From Squalus acanthias (taxonomy: Eukaryota): DNA of 64,000 nt. Made by a program: the position numbers and the translations under genes. The stretch lies in NCBI GenBank assembly GCA_030390025.1, contig CM059438.1:53694001-53758000 (forward strand), in the 5' to 3' direction. Positions 29,601-47,200 of this stretch are shown piece after piece. Positions within the stretch are counted from its first letter, which is position 1. Every line of letters begins with the position of its first letter. The notes beneath the pieces were generated by a model, which searched no databases, had not been told where the DNA came from, and saw nothing but the letters and a program-made list of their open reading frames with translations.

Positions 29601-32250
29601 CTCCTCATTGATTGATTGATCCTCACTGATTGATTGATTGATCCTCACTGATTGATTGATCCTCACTGATTGATTGATCCTCTCCTCATTGATTGATTGA
29701 TCCTCACTGATTGATTGATCTGCACTGATTGAATGATCCTCTCCTCATTGATTGATTGATCCACACTGATTGATTGATTGATCCTCTCCACTTTGATTGA
29801 TTGATCCTCATTGATTGATCGTTCCTCATTGATTGATTGATCCTCACTGATTGATTGATTGATCCTCACTGATTGATTGATCGATCCTCATTGATTTATT
29901 GATTGATCATCACTCATTGATTGATCGATCCTCATTGATTTATTGATTGATCCTCTCCTCATTGATTGATTGATCCTCACTGATTGATTGATCCTCTCCT
30001 CATTGATTGATTGATCCTCACTGATTGATTGATCGATCCTCATTGATTTATTGATTGATCCTCTCCTCATTGATTGATTGATCCTCACTGATTGATTGAT
30101 CCTCTCCTCATTGATTGATTGATCCTCACTGATTGATTGATCGATCCTCATTGATTGATCAATCCTCATTGATTGATTGATTGATCCTCTCCTCATTGAT
30201 TGATTGATCATCATTGATTGATTGATCCTCTCCTCATTGATTGATTGATCCTCACTGATTGATTGATCCTCTGCTCATTGATTGATCCTCATTCATTGAT
30301 TGATCCTCTACTCCCTGATTGATTGATCCTCACTGATTGATTGATCCTCTCCTCACTGATTGATTGATCCTCATTGATTGATTGATCCACATTGACTGAT
30401 TGATCCTCACTGATTGATTGATCCTCTCCTCACTGATTGATTGATCCTCATTGATTGATTGATCCTCAATGATTGATTGATCCTCACTGATTGATTGATC
30501 CTCTGCTCATTGATTGATTGATCCTCATTGATTGATTGATCCTCTCCTCATTGATTGATCCTCACTGATTGATTGATCCTCTCACTGATTGATTGATTGA
30601 TCTTCATTGATTGATTGATCCTCTCCTCGTTGATTGATTGATCCTCACTGATTGATTGATCCTCTGCTCATTGATTGATTGATCGATCCTCACTGATTGA
30701 TTGATGATCCTCATTGATTGATTGATTGATCCTCTCCTCATTGATTGATTGATCCTCACTGATTGATTGATCCTCACTGATTGATTGATCCTCTCCTTAT
30801 TGATTGATTGATCCTCACTGATTGATTGATCCTCACTGATTGATTGATCCTTTCGTCATTGATTGATTGCCCCTCACTGATTGATTGATCCTCTCATTGA
30901 TTGATTGATCGAACCTCACTGATTGATTGATCCTCTCATTGATTGATTGATCGAACCTCACTGATTGATTGATCCTCTCATTGATTGATTGATCGAACCT
31001 CACTGATTGATTGATCCTCTCCTTATTGATTGATTGATCCTCATTGATTGATTGATCCTCACTGATTGGTTGATCCTCTCCTCATTGATTGATTGATCCT
31101 CACTGATTGATTGATCCTCTCCTCATTGATTGATTGATTGATTGATCCTCTTTGATTGTACCTCTCCTCACTGACTGATTGATCCTCATTGATTGATTGA
31201 TCTTCACTGATTGATTGATTCTCTCCTCATTGATTGATTGATCCTCATTGATTGATTGATCTTCACTGATTGATTGATCCTCTCCTCATTGATTGATTGA
31301 TCCTCACTGATTGATTGATCCTCTCCTCATTGATTGATTGATCCTCTCCTCACTGTTTGATTGATCGATCCGCATTGATTTAGTGATTGATACGATCCTC
31401 ATTGATTGGTTGATCCTCTCCTCACTGATTGATTGATCGATCCTCATTGATTGATTGATTGATCATCACTGTTTGATTGATCGATCCTCATTGATTTATT
31501 GATTAATCCTCTCCTCATTGATTGATTGATCCTCTCCTCATTGATTGATCCTCTCCTCACTGATTGATTGATCGATCCTCACTGATTGATTGATCCTCTC
31601 CTCATTGATTGCTGGATCCTCTCCTCACTGATTGATTGATCGATCCTCATTGATTGATTGATCCTCACTGATTGATTAATCCTCTCCTCATTGATTGATT
31701 GATCCTCACCTCACTGTTTGATTGATCGATCCTCATTGATTTATTGATCCTCATCTCACTGATTGATTGATCGATCCTCACTGATTGATTGATCCTCTCC
31801 TCACTGATTGATTGATCCTCACTGATTGATTGATCCTCTCCTCATTGATTGATTGATCCTCACTGATTGATTGATTGATCCTCACTGATTGATTGATCCG
31901 CACTGATTGATTGATCCTCTCCTCATTGATTGATTGATCCTCACTGATTGATTGATTGATCCTCTCCACTTTGATTGATTGATCCTCATTGATTGATCGA
32001 TCCTCATTGATTGATTGATCCTCATTGATTGATTGATCCTCACTGATTGATTGATCGATCCTCATTGATTTATTGATTGATCCTGACTGATTGATTGATC
32101 CTCTCCTCATTGATTGATTGATCCTCACTGATTGATTGATCCTCTACTCATTGATTGATCGATCCTCACTGATTGATTGATCCTCTCCTCATTGATTGAT
32201 TGATCCTCACTGATTGATTGATACTCTCCTCATTGATTGATTGATTCTCA
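22700..32250. repeat. Tandem duplication of 4,826 bp within the satellite
   Basis: ORF-track offsets 23265/28091, 24652/29478, 25062/29888 and 26952/31778 all equal 4826. Boundaries are approximate. Confidence 0.85.
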
Positions 32251-35200
32251 CTGATTGATTGATCCTCTCCTCATTGATTGATTGATCCTCACTGATTGAT
32301 TGATCCTCTACTCATTGATTGATTGATCCTCACTGATTGATTGATTGATCTTCACTGATGGATTGATCCTCATTGATTGATTGATCCTCACTGATTGTTT
32401 GATCCTCTCCTCATTGATTGATTGATCCTCTCCTCACTGATTGATTTATCGATCCTCATTGATTGATTGATCCTCACTGATTGATTGATCCACTCCTCAT
32501 TGATTGATTGATCCTCTCCTCACTGTTTGATTGATCGATCCGCATTGATTTAGTGATTGATACGATCCTCATTGATTGGTTGATCCTCTCCTCACTGATT
32601 GATTGATCGATCCTCATTGATTGATTGATTGATCATCACTGTTTGATTGATCGATCCTCATTGATTGATTGATTGATCATCACTGTTTGATTGATCGATC
32701 CTCATTGATTTATTGATTAATCCTCTCCTCATTGATTGATTGATCCTCTCCTCATTGATTGATCCTCTCCTCACTGATTGATTGATCGATCCTCACTGAT
32801 TGATTTATCCTCTCCTCACTGATTGATTGATCCTCACTGATTGATTGATTTATCCTCACTGATTGATTGATCCTCTCCTCATTGATTGATTGATCCTCAC
32901 TGATTGATTGATTGATCCTCACTGATTGATTGATCCTCACTGATTGATTGATCCTCTCCTCATTGATTGATTGATCCTCACTGATTGATTGATCGATCCT
33001 CATTGATTGATCAATCCTCATTGATTGATTGATTGATCCTCTCCTCATTGATTGATTGATCATCATTGATTGATTGATCCTCTCCTCATTGATTGATTGA
33101 TCCTCACTGATTGATTGATCCTCTGCTCATTGATTGATCCTCATTCATTGATTGATCCTCTACTCCCTGATTGATTGATCCTCACTGATTGATTGATCCT
33201 CTCCTCACTGATTGATTGATCCTCATTGATTGATTGATCCACATTGATTGATTGATCCTCACTGATTGATTGATCCTCTCCTCACTGATTGATTGATCCT
33301 CATTGATTGATTGATCCTCAATGATTGATTGATCCTCACTGATTGATTGATCCTCTGCTCATTGATTGATTGATCCTCATTGATTGATTGATCCTCTCCT
33401 CATTGATTGATCCTCACTGATTGATTGATCCTCTCACTGATTGATTGATTGATCTTCATTGATTGATTGATCCTCTCCTCGTTGATTGATTGATCCTCAC
33501 TGATTGATTGATCCTCTGCTCATTGATTGATTGATCGATCCTCACTGATTGATTGATGATCCTCATTGATTGATTGATTGATCCTCTCCTCATTGATTGA
33601 TTGATCCTCACTGATTGATTGATCCTCACTGATTGATTGATCCTCTCCTTATTGATTGATTGATCCTCACTGATTGATTGATCCTCACTGATTGATTGAT
33701 CCTTTCGTCATTGATTGATTGCCCCTCACTGATTGATTGATCCTCTCATTGATTGATTGATCGAACCTCACTGATTGATTGATCCTCTCATTGATTGATT
33801 GATCGAACCTCACTGATTGATTGATCCTCTCATTGATTGATTGATCGAACCTCACTGATTGATTGATCCTCTCCTTATTGATTGATTGATCCTCACTGAT
33901 TGATTGATCCTCACTGATTGGTTGATCCTCTCCTCATTGATTGATTGATCCTCACTGATTGATTGATCCTCTCCTCATTGATTGATTGATTGATTGATCC
34001 TCTTTGATTGTACCTCTCCTCACTGACTGATTGATCCTCATTGATTGATTGATCTTCACTGATTGATTGATTCTCTCCTCATTGATTGATTGATCCTCAT
34101 TGATTGATTGATCTTCACTGATTGATTGATCCTCTCCTCATTGATTGATTGATCCTCTCCTCACTGTTTGATTGATCGATCCGCATTGATTTAGTGATTG
34201 ATACGATCCTCATTGATTGGTTGATCCTCTCCTCACTGATTGATTGATCGATCCTCATTGATTGATTGATTGATCATCACTGTTTGATTGATCGATCCTC
34301 ATTGATTTATTGATTAATCCTCTCCTCATTGATTGATTGATCCTCTCCTCATTGATTGATCCTCTCCTCACTGATTGATTGATCGATCCTCACTGATTGA
34401 TTTATCCTCTCCTCACTGATTGATTGATCCTCACTGATTGATTGATTTATCCTCACTGATTGATTGATCCTCTCCTCATTGATTGATTGATCCTCACTGA
34501 TTGATTGATTGATCCTCACTGATTGATTGATCCTCACTGATTGATTGATCCTCTCCTCATTGATTGATTGATCCTCACTGATTGATTGATCTGCACTGAT
34601 TGAATGATCCTCTCCTCATTGATTGATTGATCCACACTGATTGATTGATTGATCCTCTCCACTTTGATTGATTGATCCTCATTGATTGATCGTTCCTCAT
34701 TGATTGATTGATCCTCACTGATTGATTGATTGATCCTCACTGATTGATTGATCGATCCTCATTGATTTATTGATTGATCATCACTCATTGATTGATCGAT
34801 CCTCATTGATTTATTGATTGATCCTCTCCTCATTGATTGATTGATCCTCACTGATTGATTGATCCTCTCCTCATTGATTGATTGATCCTCACTGATTGAT
34901 TGATCGATCCTCATTGATTTATTGATTGATCCTCTCCTCATTGATTGATTGATCCTCACTGATTGATTGATCCTCTCCTCATTGATTGATTGATCCTCAC
35001 TGATTGATTGATCGATCCTCATTGATTGATCAATCCTCATTGATTGATTGATCCTCTCCTCACTGATTGATTGATTGATCCTCTCCTCATTGATTGATTG
35101 ATCATCATTGATTGATTGATCCTCTCCTCATTGATTGATTGATCCTCACTGATTGATTGATCCTCTGCTCATTGATTGATCCTCATTCATTGATTGATCC

Positions 35201-38200
35201 TCTACTCCCTGATTGATTGATCCTCACTGATTGATTGATCCTCTCCTCACTGATTGATTGATCCTCATTGATTGATTGATCCACATTGATTGATTGATCC
35301 TCACTGATTGATTGATCCTCTCCTCACTGATTGATTGATCCTCATTGATTGATTGATCCTCAATGATTGATTGATCCTCACTGATTGATTGATCCTCTGC
35401 TCATTGATTGATTGATCCTCATTGATTGATTGATCCTCTCCTCATTGATTGATCCTCACTGATTGATTGATCCTCTCACTGATTGATTGATTGATCTTCA
35501 TTGATTGATTGATCCTCTCCTCGTTGATTGATTGATCCTCACTGATTGATTGATCCTCTGCTCATTGATTGATTGATCCTCACTGATTGATTGATTTATC
35601 CTCACTGATTGATTGATCCTCTCCTCATTGATTGATTGATCCTCACTGATTGATTGATTGATCCTCACTGATTGATTGATCCTCACTGATTGATTGATCC
35701 TCTCCTCATTGATTGATTGATCCTCGCTGATTGATTGATCTGCACTGATTGAATGATCCTCTCCTCATTGATTGATTGATCCACACTGATTGATTGATTG
35801 ATCCTCTCCACTTTGATTGATTGATCCTCATTGATTGATCGTTCCTCATTGATTGATTGATCCTCACTGATTGATTGATTGATCCTCACTGATTGATTGA
35901 TCGATCCTCATTGATTTATTGATTGATCATCACTCATTGATTGATCGATCCTCATTGATTTATTGATTGATCCTCTCCTCATTGATTGATTGATCCTCAC
36001 TGATTGATTGATCCTCTCCTCATTGATTGATTGATCCTCACTGATTGATTGATCGATCCTCATTGATTTATTGATTGATCCTCTCCTCATTGATTGATTG
36101 ATCCTCACTGATTGATTGATCCTCTCCTCATTGATTGATTGATCCTCACTGATTGATTGATCGATCCTCATTGATTGATCAATCCTCATTGATTGATTGA
36201 TTGATCCTCTCCTCATTGATTGATTGATCCTCACTGATTGATTGATCCTCTGCTCATTGATTGATCCTCATTCATTGATTGATCCTCTACTCCCTGATTG
36301 ATTGATCCTCACTGATTGATTGATGCTCTCCTCACTGATTGATTGATCCTCATTGATTGATTGATCCACATTGACTGATTGATCCTCACTGATTGATTGA
36401 TCCTCTCCTCACTGATTGATTGATCCTCATTGATTGATTGATCCTCAATGATTGATTGATCCTCACTGATTGATTGATCCTCTGCTCATTGATTGATTGA
36501 TCCTCATTGATTGATTGATCCTCTCCTCATTGATTGATCCTCACTGATTGATTGATCCTCTCACTGATTGATTGATTGATCTTCATTGATTGATTGATCC
36601 TCTCCTCGTTGATTGATTGATCCTCACTGATTGATTGATCCTCTGCTCATTGATTGATTGATCGATCCTCACTGATTGATTGATGATCCTCATTGATTGA
36701 TTGATTGATCTTCTCCTCATTGATTGATTGATCCTCACTGATTGATTGATCCTCACTGATTGATTGATCCTCTCCTTATTGATTGATTGATCCTCACTGA
36801 TTGATTGATCCTGACTGATTGATTGATCCTTTCGTCATTGATTGATTGCCCCTCACTGATTGATTGATCCTCTCATTGATTGATTGATCGAACCTCACTG
36901 ATTGATTGATCCTCTCATTGATTGATTGATCGAACCTCACTGATTGATTGATCCTCTCATTGATTGATTGATCGAACCTCACTGATTGATTGATCCTCTC
37001 CTTATTGATTGATTGATCCTCACTGATTGATTGATCCTCACTGATTGGTTGATCCTCTCCTCATTGATTGATTGATCCTCACTGATTGATTGATCCTCTC
37101 CTCATTGATTGATTGATTGATTGATCCTCTTTGATTGTACCTCTCCTCACTGACTGATTGATCCTCATTGATTGATTGATCTTCACTGATTGATTGATTC
37201 TCTCCTCATTGATTGATTGATCCTCATTGATTGATTGATCTTCACTGATTGATTGATCCTCTCCTCATTGATTGATTGATCCTCACTGATTGATTGATCC
37301 TCTCCTCATTGATTGATTGATCCTCTCCTCACTGTTTGATTGATCGATCCGCATTGATTTAGTGATTGATACGATCCTCATTGATTGGTTGATCCTCTCC
37401 TCACTGATTGATTGATCGATCCTCATTGATTGATTGATTGATCATCACTGTTTGATTGATCGATCCTCATTGATTTATTGATTAATCCTCTCCTCATTGA
37501 TTGATTGATCCTCTCCTCATTGATTGATCCTCTCCTCACTGATTGATTGATCGATCCTCACTGATTGATTTATCCTCTCCTCACTGATTGATTGATCCTC
37601 ACTGATTGATTGATTTATCCTCACTGATTGATTGATCCTCTCCTCATTGATTGATTGATCCTCACTGATTGATTGATTGATCCTCACTGATTGATTGATC
37701 CTCACTGATTGATTGATCCTCTCCTCATTGATTGATTGATCCTCACTGATTGATTGATCTGCACTGATTGAATGATCCTCTCCTCATTGATTGATTGATC
37801 CACACTGATTGATTGATTGATCCTCTCCACTTTGATTGATTGATCCTCATTGATTGATCGTTCCTCATTGATTGATTGATCCTCACTGATTGATTGATTG
37901 ATCCTCACTGATTGATTGATCGATCCTCATTGATTTATTGATTGATCATCACTCATTGATTGATCGATCCTCATTGATTTATTGATTGATCCTCTCCTCA
38001 TTGATTGATTGATCCTCACTGATTGATTGATCCTCTCCTCATTGATTGATTGATCCTCACTGATTGATTGATCGATCCTCATTGATTTATTGATTGATCC
38101 TCTCCTCATTGATTGATTGATCCTCACTGATTGATTGATCCTCTCCTCATTGATTGATTGATCCTCACTGATTGATTGATCGATCCTCATTGATTGATCA

Positions 38201-41200
38201 ATCCTCATTGATTGATTGATCCTCAATGATTGATTGATCCTCACTGATTGATTGATCCTCTGCTCATTGATTGATTGATCCTCATTGATTGATTGATCCT
38301 CTCCTCATTGATTGATCCTCACTGATTGATTGATCCTCTCACTGATTGATTGATTGATCTTCATTGATTGATTGATCCTCTCCTCGTTGATTGATTGATC
38401 CTCACTGATTGATTGATCCTCTGCTCATTGATTGATTGATCCTCACTGATTGATTGATTTATCCTCACTGATTGATTGATCCTCTCCTCATTGATTGATT
38501 GATCCTCACTGATTGATTGATTGATCCTCACTGATTGATTGATCCTCACTGATTGATTGATCCTCTCCTCATTGATTGATTGATCCTCACTGATTGATTG
38601 ATCTGCACTGATTGAATGATCCTCTCCTCATTGATTGATTGATCCACACTGATTGATTGATTGATCCTCTCCACTTTGATTGATTGATCCTCATTGATTG
38701 ATCGTTCCTCATTGATTGATTGATCCTCACTGATTGATTGATTGATCCTCACTGATTGATTGATCGATCCTCATTGATTTATTGATTGATCATCACTCAT
38801 TGATTGATCGATCCTCATTGATTTATTGATTGATCCTCTCCTCATTGATTGATTGATCCTCACTGATTGATTGATCCTCTCCTCATTGATTGATTGATCC
38901 TCACTGATTGATTGATCGATCCTCATTGATTTATTGATTGATCCTCTCCTCATTGATTGATTGATCCTCACTGATTGATTGATCCTCTCCTCATTGATTG
39001 ATTGATCCTCACTGATTGATTGATCGATCCTCATTGATTGATCAATCCTCATTGATTGATTGATCCTCTCCTCACTGATTGATTGATTGATCCTCTCCTC
39101 ATTGATTGATTGATCATCATTGATTGATTGATCCTCTCCTCATTGATTGATTGATCCTCACTGATTGATTGATCCTCTGCTCATTGATTGATCCTCATTC
39201 ATTGATTGATCCTCTACTCCCTGATTGATTGATCCTCACTGATTGATTGATCCTCTCCTCACTGATTGATTGATCCTCATTGATTGATTGATCCACATTG
39301 ATTGATTGATCCTCACTGATTGATTGATCCTCTCCTCACTGATTGATTGATCCTCATTGATTGATTGATCCTCAATGATTGATTGATCCTCACTGATTGA
39401 TTGATCCTCTGCTCATTGATTGATTGATCCTCATTGATTGATTGATCCTCTCCTCATTGATTGATCCTCACAGATTGATTGATCCTCTCACTGATTGATT
39501 GATTGATCTTCATTGATTGATTGATCCTCTCCTCGTTGATTGATTGATCCTCACTGATTGATTGATCCTCTGCTCATTGATTGATTGATCGATCCTCACT
39601 GATTGATTGATGATCCTCATTGATTGATTGATTGATCCTCTCCTCATTGATTGATTGATCCTCACTGATTGATTCATCCTCACTGATTGATTGATTGATC
39701 CTCACTGATTGATTGATCCTCTACTCATTGATTGATCGATCCTCACTGATTGATTGATCCTCTCCTCATTGATTGATTGATCCTCACTGATTGATTGATA
39801 CTCTCCTCATTGATTGATTGATTCTCACTGATTGATTGATCCTCTCCTCATTGATTGATTGATCCTCACTGATTGATTGATCCTCTACTCATTGATTGAT
39901 TGATCCTCACTGATTGATTGATTGATCTTCACTGATGGATTGATCCTCATTGATTGATTGATCCTCACTGATTGTTTGATCCTCTCCTCATTGATTGATT
40001 GATCCTCTCCTCACTGATTGATTTATCGATCCTCATTGATTGATTGATCCTCACTGATTGATTGATCCACTCCTCATTGATTGATTGATCCTCTCCTCAC
40101 TGTTTGATTGATCGATCCGCATTGATTTAGTGATTGATACGATCCTCATTGATTGGTTGATCCTCTCCTCACTGATTGATTGATCGATCCTCATTGATTG
40201 ATTGATTGATCATCACTGTTTGATTGATCGATCCTCATTGATTGATTGATTGATCATCACTGTTTGATTGATCGATCCTCATTGATTTATTGATTAATCC
40301 TCTCCTCATTGATTGATTGATCCTCTCCTCATTGATTGATCCTCTCCTCACTGATTGATTGATCGATCCTCACTGATTGATTTATCCTCTCCTCACTGAT
40401 TGATTGATCCTCACTGATTGATTGATTTATCCTCACTGATTGATTGATCCTCTCCTCATTGATTGATTGATCCTCACTGATTGATTGATTGATCCTCACT
40501 GATTGATTGATCCTCACTGATTGATTGATCCTCTCCTCATTGATTGATTGATCCTCACTGATTGATTGATCGATCCTCATTGATTGATCAATCCTCATTG
40601 ATTGATTGATTGATCCTCTCCTCATTGATTGATTGATCATCATTGATTGATTGATCCTCTCCTCATTGATTGATTGATCCTCACTGATTGATTGATCCTC
40701 TGCTCATTGATTGATCCTCATTCATTGATTGATCCTCTACTCCCTGATTGATTGATCCTCACTGATTGATTGATCCTCTCCTCACTGATTGATTGATCCT
40801 CATTGATTGATTGATCCACATTGACTGATTGATCCTCACTGATTGATTGATCCTCTCCTCACTGATTGATTGATCCTCACTGATTGATTGATCGATCCTC
40901 ATTGATTGCTGGATCCTCTCCTCACTGATTGATTGATCGATCCTCATTGATTGATTGATCCTCACTGATTGATTAATCCTCTCCTCATTGATTGATTGAT
41001 CCTCACCTCACTGTTTGATTGATCGATCCTCATTGATTTATTGATCCTCATCTCACTGATTGATTGATCGATCCTCACTGATTGATTGATCCTCTCCTCA
41101 CTGATTGATTGATCCTCACTGATTGATTGATCCTCTCCTCATTGATTGATTGATCCTCACTGATTGATTGATTGATCCTCACTGATTGATTGATCCGCAC

Positions 41201-44200
41201 TGATTGATTGATCCTCTCCTCATTGATTGATTGATCCTCACTGATTGATTGATTGATCCTCTCCACTTTGATTGATTGATCCTCATTGATTGATCGATCC
41301 TCATTGATTGATTGATCCTCATTGATTGATTGATCCTCACTGATTGATTGATCGATCCTCATTGATTTATTGATTGATCCTGACTGATTGATTGATCCTC
41401 TCCTCATTGATTGATTGATCCTCACTGATTGATTGATCCTCTACTCATTGATTGATCGATCCTCACTGATTGATTGATCCTCTCCTCATTGATTGATTGA
41501 TCCTCACTGATTGATTGATACTCTCCTCATTGATTGATTGATTCTCACTGATTGATTGATTGATCCTCACTGATTGATTGATCCTCACTGATTGATTGAT
41601 CCTCTACTCATTGATTGATTGATCCTCACTGATTGATTGATTGATCTTCACTGATTGATTGATCCTCTGCTCATTGATTGATCCTCATTCATTGATTGAT
41701 CCTCTACTCCCTGATTGATTGATCCTCACTGATTGATTGATCCTCTCCTCACTGATTGATTGATCCTCACTGATTGATTGATCCTCACTGATTGATTGAT
41801 CCTTTCGTCATTGATTGATTGCCCCTCACTGATTGATTGATCCTCTCATTGATTGATTGATCGAACCTCACTGATTGATTGATCCTCTCATTGATTGATT
41901 GATCGAACCTCACTGATTGATTGATCCTCTCCTTATTGATTGATTGATCCTCACTGATTGATTGATCCTCACTGATTGGTTGATCCTCTCCTCATTGATT
42001 GATTGATCCTCACTGATTGATTGATCCTCTCCTCATTGATTGATTGATTGATTGATCCTCTTTGATTGTACCTCTCCTCACTGACTGATTGATCCTCATT
42101 GATTGATTGATCTTCACTGATTGATTGATTCTCTCCTCATTGATTGATTGATCCTCATTGATTGATTGATCTTCACTGATTGATTGATCCTCTCCTCATT
42201 GATTGATTGATCCTCACTGATTGATTGATCCTCTCCTCATTGATTGATTGATCCTCTCCTCACTGTTTGATTGATCGATCCGCATTGATTTAGTGATTGA
42301 TACGATCCTCATTGATTGGTTGATCCTCTCCTCACTGATTGATTGATCGATCCTCATTGATTGATTGATTGATTGATCATCACTGTTTGATTGATCGATC
42401 CTCATTGATTTATTGATTAATCCTCTCCTCATTGATTGATTGATCCTCTCCTCATTGATTGATCCTCTCCTCACTGATTGATTGATCGATCCTCACTGAT
42501 TGATTTATCCTCTCCTCACTGATTGATTGATCCTCACTGATTGATTGATTTATCCTCACTGATTGATTGATCCTCTCCTCATTGATTGATTGATCCTCAC
42601 TGATTGATTGATTGATCCTCACTGATTGATTGATCCTCACTGATTGATTGATCCTCTCCTCATTGATTGATTGATCCTCACTGATTGATTGATCTGCACT
42701 GATTGAATGATCCTCTCCTCATTGATTGATTGATCCACACTGATTGATTGATTGATTCTCTCCACTTTGATTGATTGATCCTCATTGATTGATCGTTCCT
42801 CATTGATTGATTGATCCTCACTGATTGATTGATTGATCCTCACTGATTGATTGATCGATCCTCATTGATTTATTGATTGATCATCACTCATTGATTGATC
42901 GATCCTCATTGATTTATTGATTGATCCTCTCCTCATTGATTGATTGATCCTCACTGATTGATTGATCCTCTCCTCATTGATTGATTGATCCTCACTGATT
43001 GATTGATCGATCCTCATTGATTTATTGATTGATCCTCTCCTCATTGATTGATTGATCCTCACTGATTGATTGATCCTCTCCTCATTGATTGATTGATCCT
43101 CACTGATTGATTGATCGATCCTCATTGATTGATCAATCCTCATTGATTGATTGATCCTCTCCTCACTGATTGATTGATTGATCCTCTCCTCATTGATTGA
43201 TTGATCATCATTGATTGATTGATCCTCTCCTCATTGATTGATTGATCCTCACTGATTGATTGATCCTCTGCTCATTGATTGATCCTCATTCATTGATTGA
43301 TCCTCTACTCCCTGATTGATTGATCCTCACTGATTGATTGATCCTCTCCTCACTGATTGATTGATCCTCATTGATTGATTGATCCACATTGATTGATTGA
43401 TCCTCACTGATTGATTGATCCTCTCCTCACTGATTGATTGATCCTCATTGATTGATTGATCCTCAATGATTGATTGATCCTCACTGATTGATTGATCCTC
43501 TGCTCATTGATTGATTGATCCTCATTGATTGATTGATCCTCTCCTCATTGATTGATCCTCACTGATTGATTGATCCTCTCACTGATTGATTGATTGATCT
43601 TCATTGATTGATTGATCCTCTCCTCGTTGATTGATTGATCCTCACTGATTGATTGATCCTCTGCTCATTGATTGATTGATCCTCACTGATTGATTGATTT
43701 ATCCTCACTGATTGATTGATCCTCTCCTCATTGATTGATTGATCCTCACTGATTGATTGATTGATCCTCACTGATTGATTGATCCTCACTGATTGATTGA
43801 TCCTCTCCTCATTGATTGATTGATCCTCACTGATTGATTGATCTGCACTGATTGAATGATCCTCTCCTCATTGATTGATTGATCCACACTGATTGATTGA
43901 TTGATCCTCTCCACTTTGATTGATTGATCCTCATTGATTGATCGTTCCTCATTGATTGATTGATCCTCACTGATTGATTGATTGATCCTCACTGATTGAT
44001 TGATCGATCCTCATTGATTTATTGATTGATCATCACTCATTGATTGATCGATCCTCATTGATTTATTGATTGATCCTCTCCTCATTGATTGATTGATCCT
44101 CACTGATTGATTGATCCTCTCCTCATTGATTGATTGATCCTCACTGATTGATTGATCGATCCTCATTGATTTATTGATTGATCCTCTCCTCATTGATTGA

Positions 44201-47200
44201 TTGATCCTCACTGATTGATTGATCCTCTCCTCATTGATTGATTGATCCTCACTGATTGATTGATCGATCCTCATTGATTGATCAATCCTCATTGATTGAT
44301 TGATTGATCCTCTCCTCATTGATTGATTGATCATCATTGATTGATTGATCCTCTCCTCATTGATTGATTGATCCTCACTGATTGATTGATCCTCTGCTCA
44401 TTGATTGATCCTCATTCATTGATTGATCCTCTACTCCCTGATTGATTGATCCTCACTGATTGATTGATCCTCTCCTCACTGATTGATTGATCCTCATTGA
44501 TTGATTGATCCACATTGACTGATTGATCCTCACTGATTGATTGATCCTCTCCTCACTGATTGATTGATCCTCATTGATTGATTGATCCTCAATGATTGAT
44601 TGATCCTCACTGATTGATTGATCCTCTGCTCATTGATTGATTGATCCTCATTGATTGATTGATCCTCTCCTCATTGATTGATCCTCACTGATTGATTGAT
44701 CCTCTCACTGATTGATTGATTGATCTTCATTGATTGATTGATCCTCTCCTCGTTGATTGATTGATCCTCACTGATTGATTGATCCTCTGCTCATTGATTG
44801 ATTGATCGATCCTCACTGATTGATTGATGATCCTCATTGATTGATTGATTGATCCTCTCCTCATTGATTGATTGATCCTCACTGATTGATTGATCCTCAC
44901 TGATTGATTGATCCTCTCCTTATTGATTGATTGATCCTCACTGATTGATTGATCCTCACTGATTGATTGATCCTTTCGTCATTGATTGATTGCCCCTCAC
45001 TGATTGATTGATCCTCTCATTGATTGATTGATCGAACCTCACTGATTGATTGATCCTCTCATTGATTGATTGATCGAACCTCACTGATTGATTGATCCTC
45101 TCATTGATTAATTGATCGAACCTCACTGATTGATTGATCCTCTCCTTATTGATTGATTGATCCTCATTGATTGATTGATCCTCACTGATTGGTTGATCCT
45201 CTCCTCATTGATTGATTGATCCTCACTGATTGATTGATCCTCTCCTCATTGATTGATTGATTGATTGATCCTCTTTGATTGTACCTCTCCTCACTGACTG
45301 ATTGATCCTCATTGATTGATTGATCTTCACTGATTGATTGATTCTCTCCTCATTGATTGATTGATCCTCATTGATTGATTGATCTTCACTGATTGATTGA
45401 TCCTCTCCTCATTGATTGATTGATCCTCACTGATTGATTGATCCTCTCCTCATTGATTGATTGATCCTCTCCTCACTGTTTGATTGATCGATCCGCATTG
45501 ATTTAGTGATTGATACGATCCTCATTGATTGGTTGATCCTCTCCTCACTGATTGATTGATCGATCCTCATTGATTGATTGATTGATCATCACTGTTTGAT
45601 TGATCGATCCTCATTGATTTATTGATTAATCCTCTCCTCATTGATTGATTGATCCTCTCCTCATTGATTGATCCTCTCCTCACTGATTGATTGATCGATC
45701 CTCACTGATTGATTGATCCTCTCCTCATTGATTGCTGGATCCTCTCCTCACTGATTGATTGATCGATCCTCATTGATTGATTGATCCTCACTGATTGATT
45801 AATCCTCTCCTCATTGATTGATTGATCCTCACCTCACTGTTTGATTGATCGATCCTCATTGATTTATTGATCCTCATCTCACTGATTGATTGATCGATCC
45901 TCACTGATTGATTGATCCTCTCCTCACTGATTGATTGATCCTCACTGATTGATTGATCCTCTCCTCATTGATTGATTGATCCTCACTGATTGATTGATTG
46001 ATCCTCACTGATTGATTGATCCGCACTGATTGATTGATCCTCTCCTCATTGATTGATTGATCCTCACTGATTGATTGATTGATCCTCTCCACTTTGATTG
46101 ATTGATCCTCATTGATTGATCGATCCTCATTGATTGATTGATCCTCATTGATTGATTGATCCTCACTGATTGATTGATCGATCCTCATTGATTTATTGAT
46201 TGATCCTGACTGATTGATTGATCCTCTCCTCATTGATTGATTGATCCTCACTGATTGATTGATCCTCTACTCATTGATTGATCGATCCTCACTGATTGAT
46301 TGATCCTCTCCTCATTGATTGATTGATCCTCACTGATTGATTGATACTCTCCTCATTGATTGATTGATTCTCACTGATTGATTGATCCTCTCCTCATTGA
46401 TTGATTGATCCTCACTGATTGATTGATCCTCTACTCATTGATTGATTGATCCTCACTGATTGATTGATTGATCTTCACTGATGGATTGATCCTCATTGAT
46501 TGATTGATCCTCACTGATTGTTTGATCCTCTCCTCATTGATTGATTGATCCTCTCCTCACTGATTGATTTATCGATCCTCATTGATTGATTGATCCTCAC
46601 TGATTGATTGATCCACTCCTCATTGATTGATTGATCCTCTCCTCACTGTTTGATTGATCGATCCGCATTGATTTAGTGATTGATACGATCCTCATTGATT
46701 GGTTGATCCTCTCCTCACTGATTGATTGATCGATCCTCATTGATTGATTGATTGATCATCACTGTTTGATTGATCGATCCTCATTGATTGATTGATTGAT
46801 CATCACTGTTTGATTGATCGATCCTCATTGATTTATTGATTAATCCTCTCCTCATTGATTGATTGATCCTCTCCTCATTGATTGATCCTCTCCTCACTGA
46901 TTGATTGATCGATCCTCACTGATTGATTTATCCTCTCCTCACTGATTGATTGATCCTCACTGATTGATTGATTTATCCTCACTGATTGATTGATCCTCTC
47001 CTCATTGATTGATTGATCCTCACTGATTGATTGATTGATCCTCACTGATTGATTGATCCTCACTGATTGATTGATCCTCTCCTCATTGATTGATTGATCC
47101 TCACTGATTGATTGATCGATCCTCATTGATTGATCAATCCTCATTGATTGATTGATTGATCCTCTCCTCATTGATTGATTGATCATCATTGATTGATTGA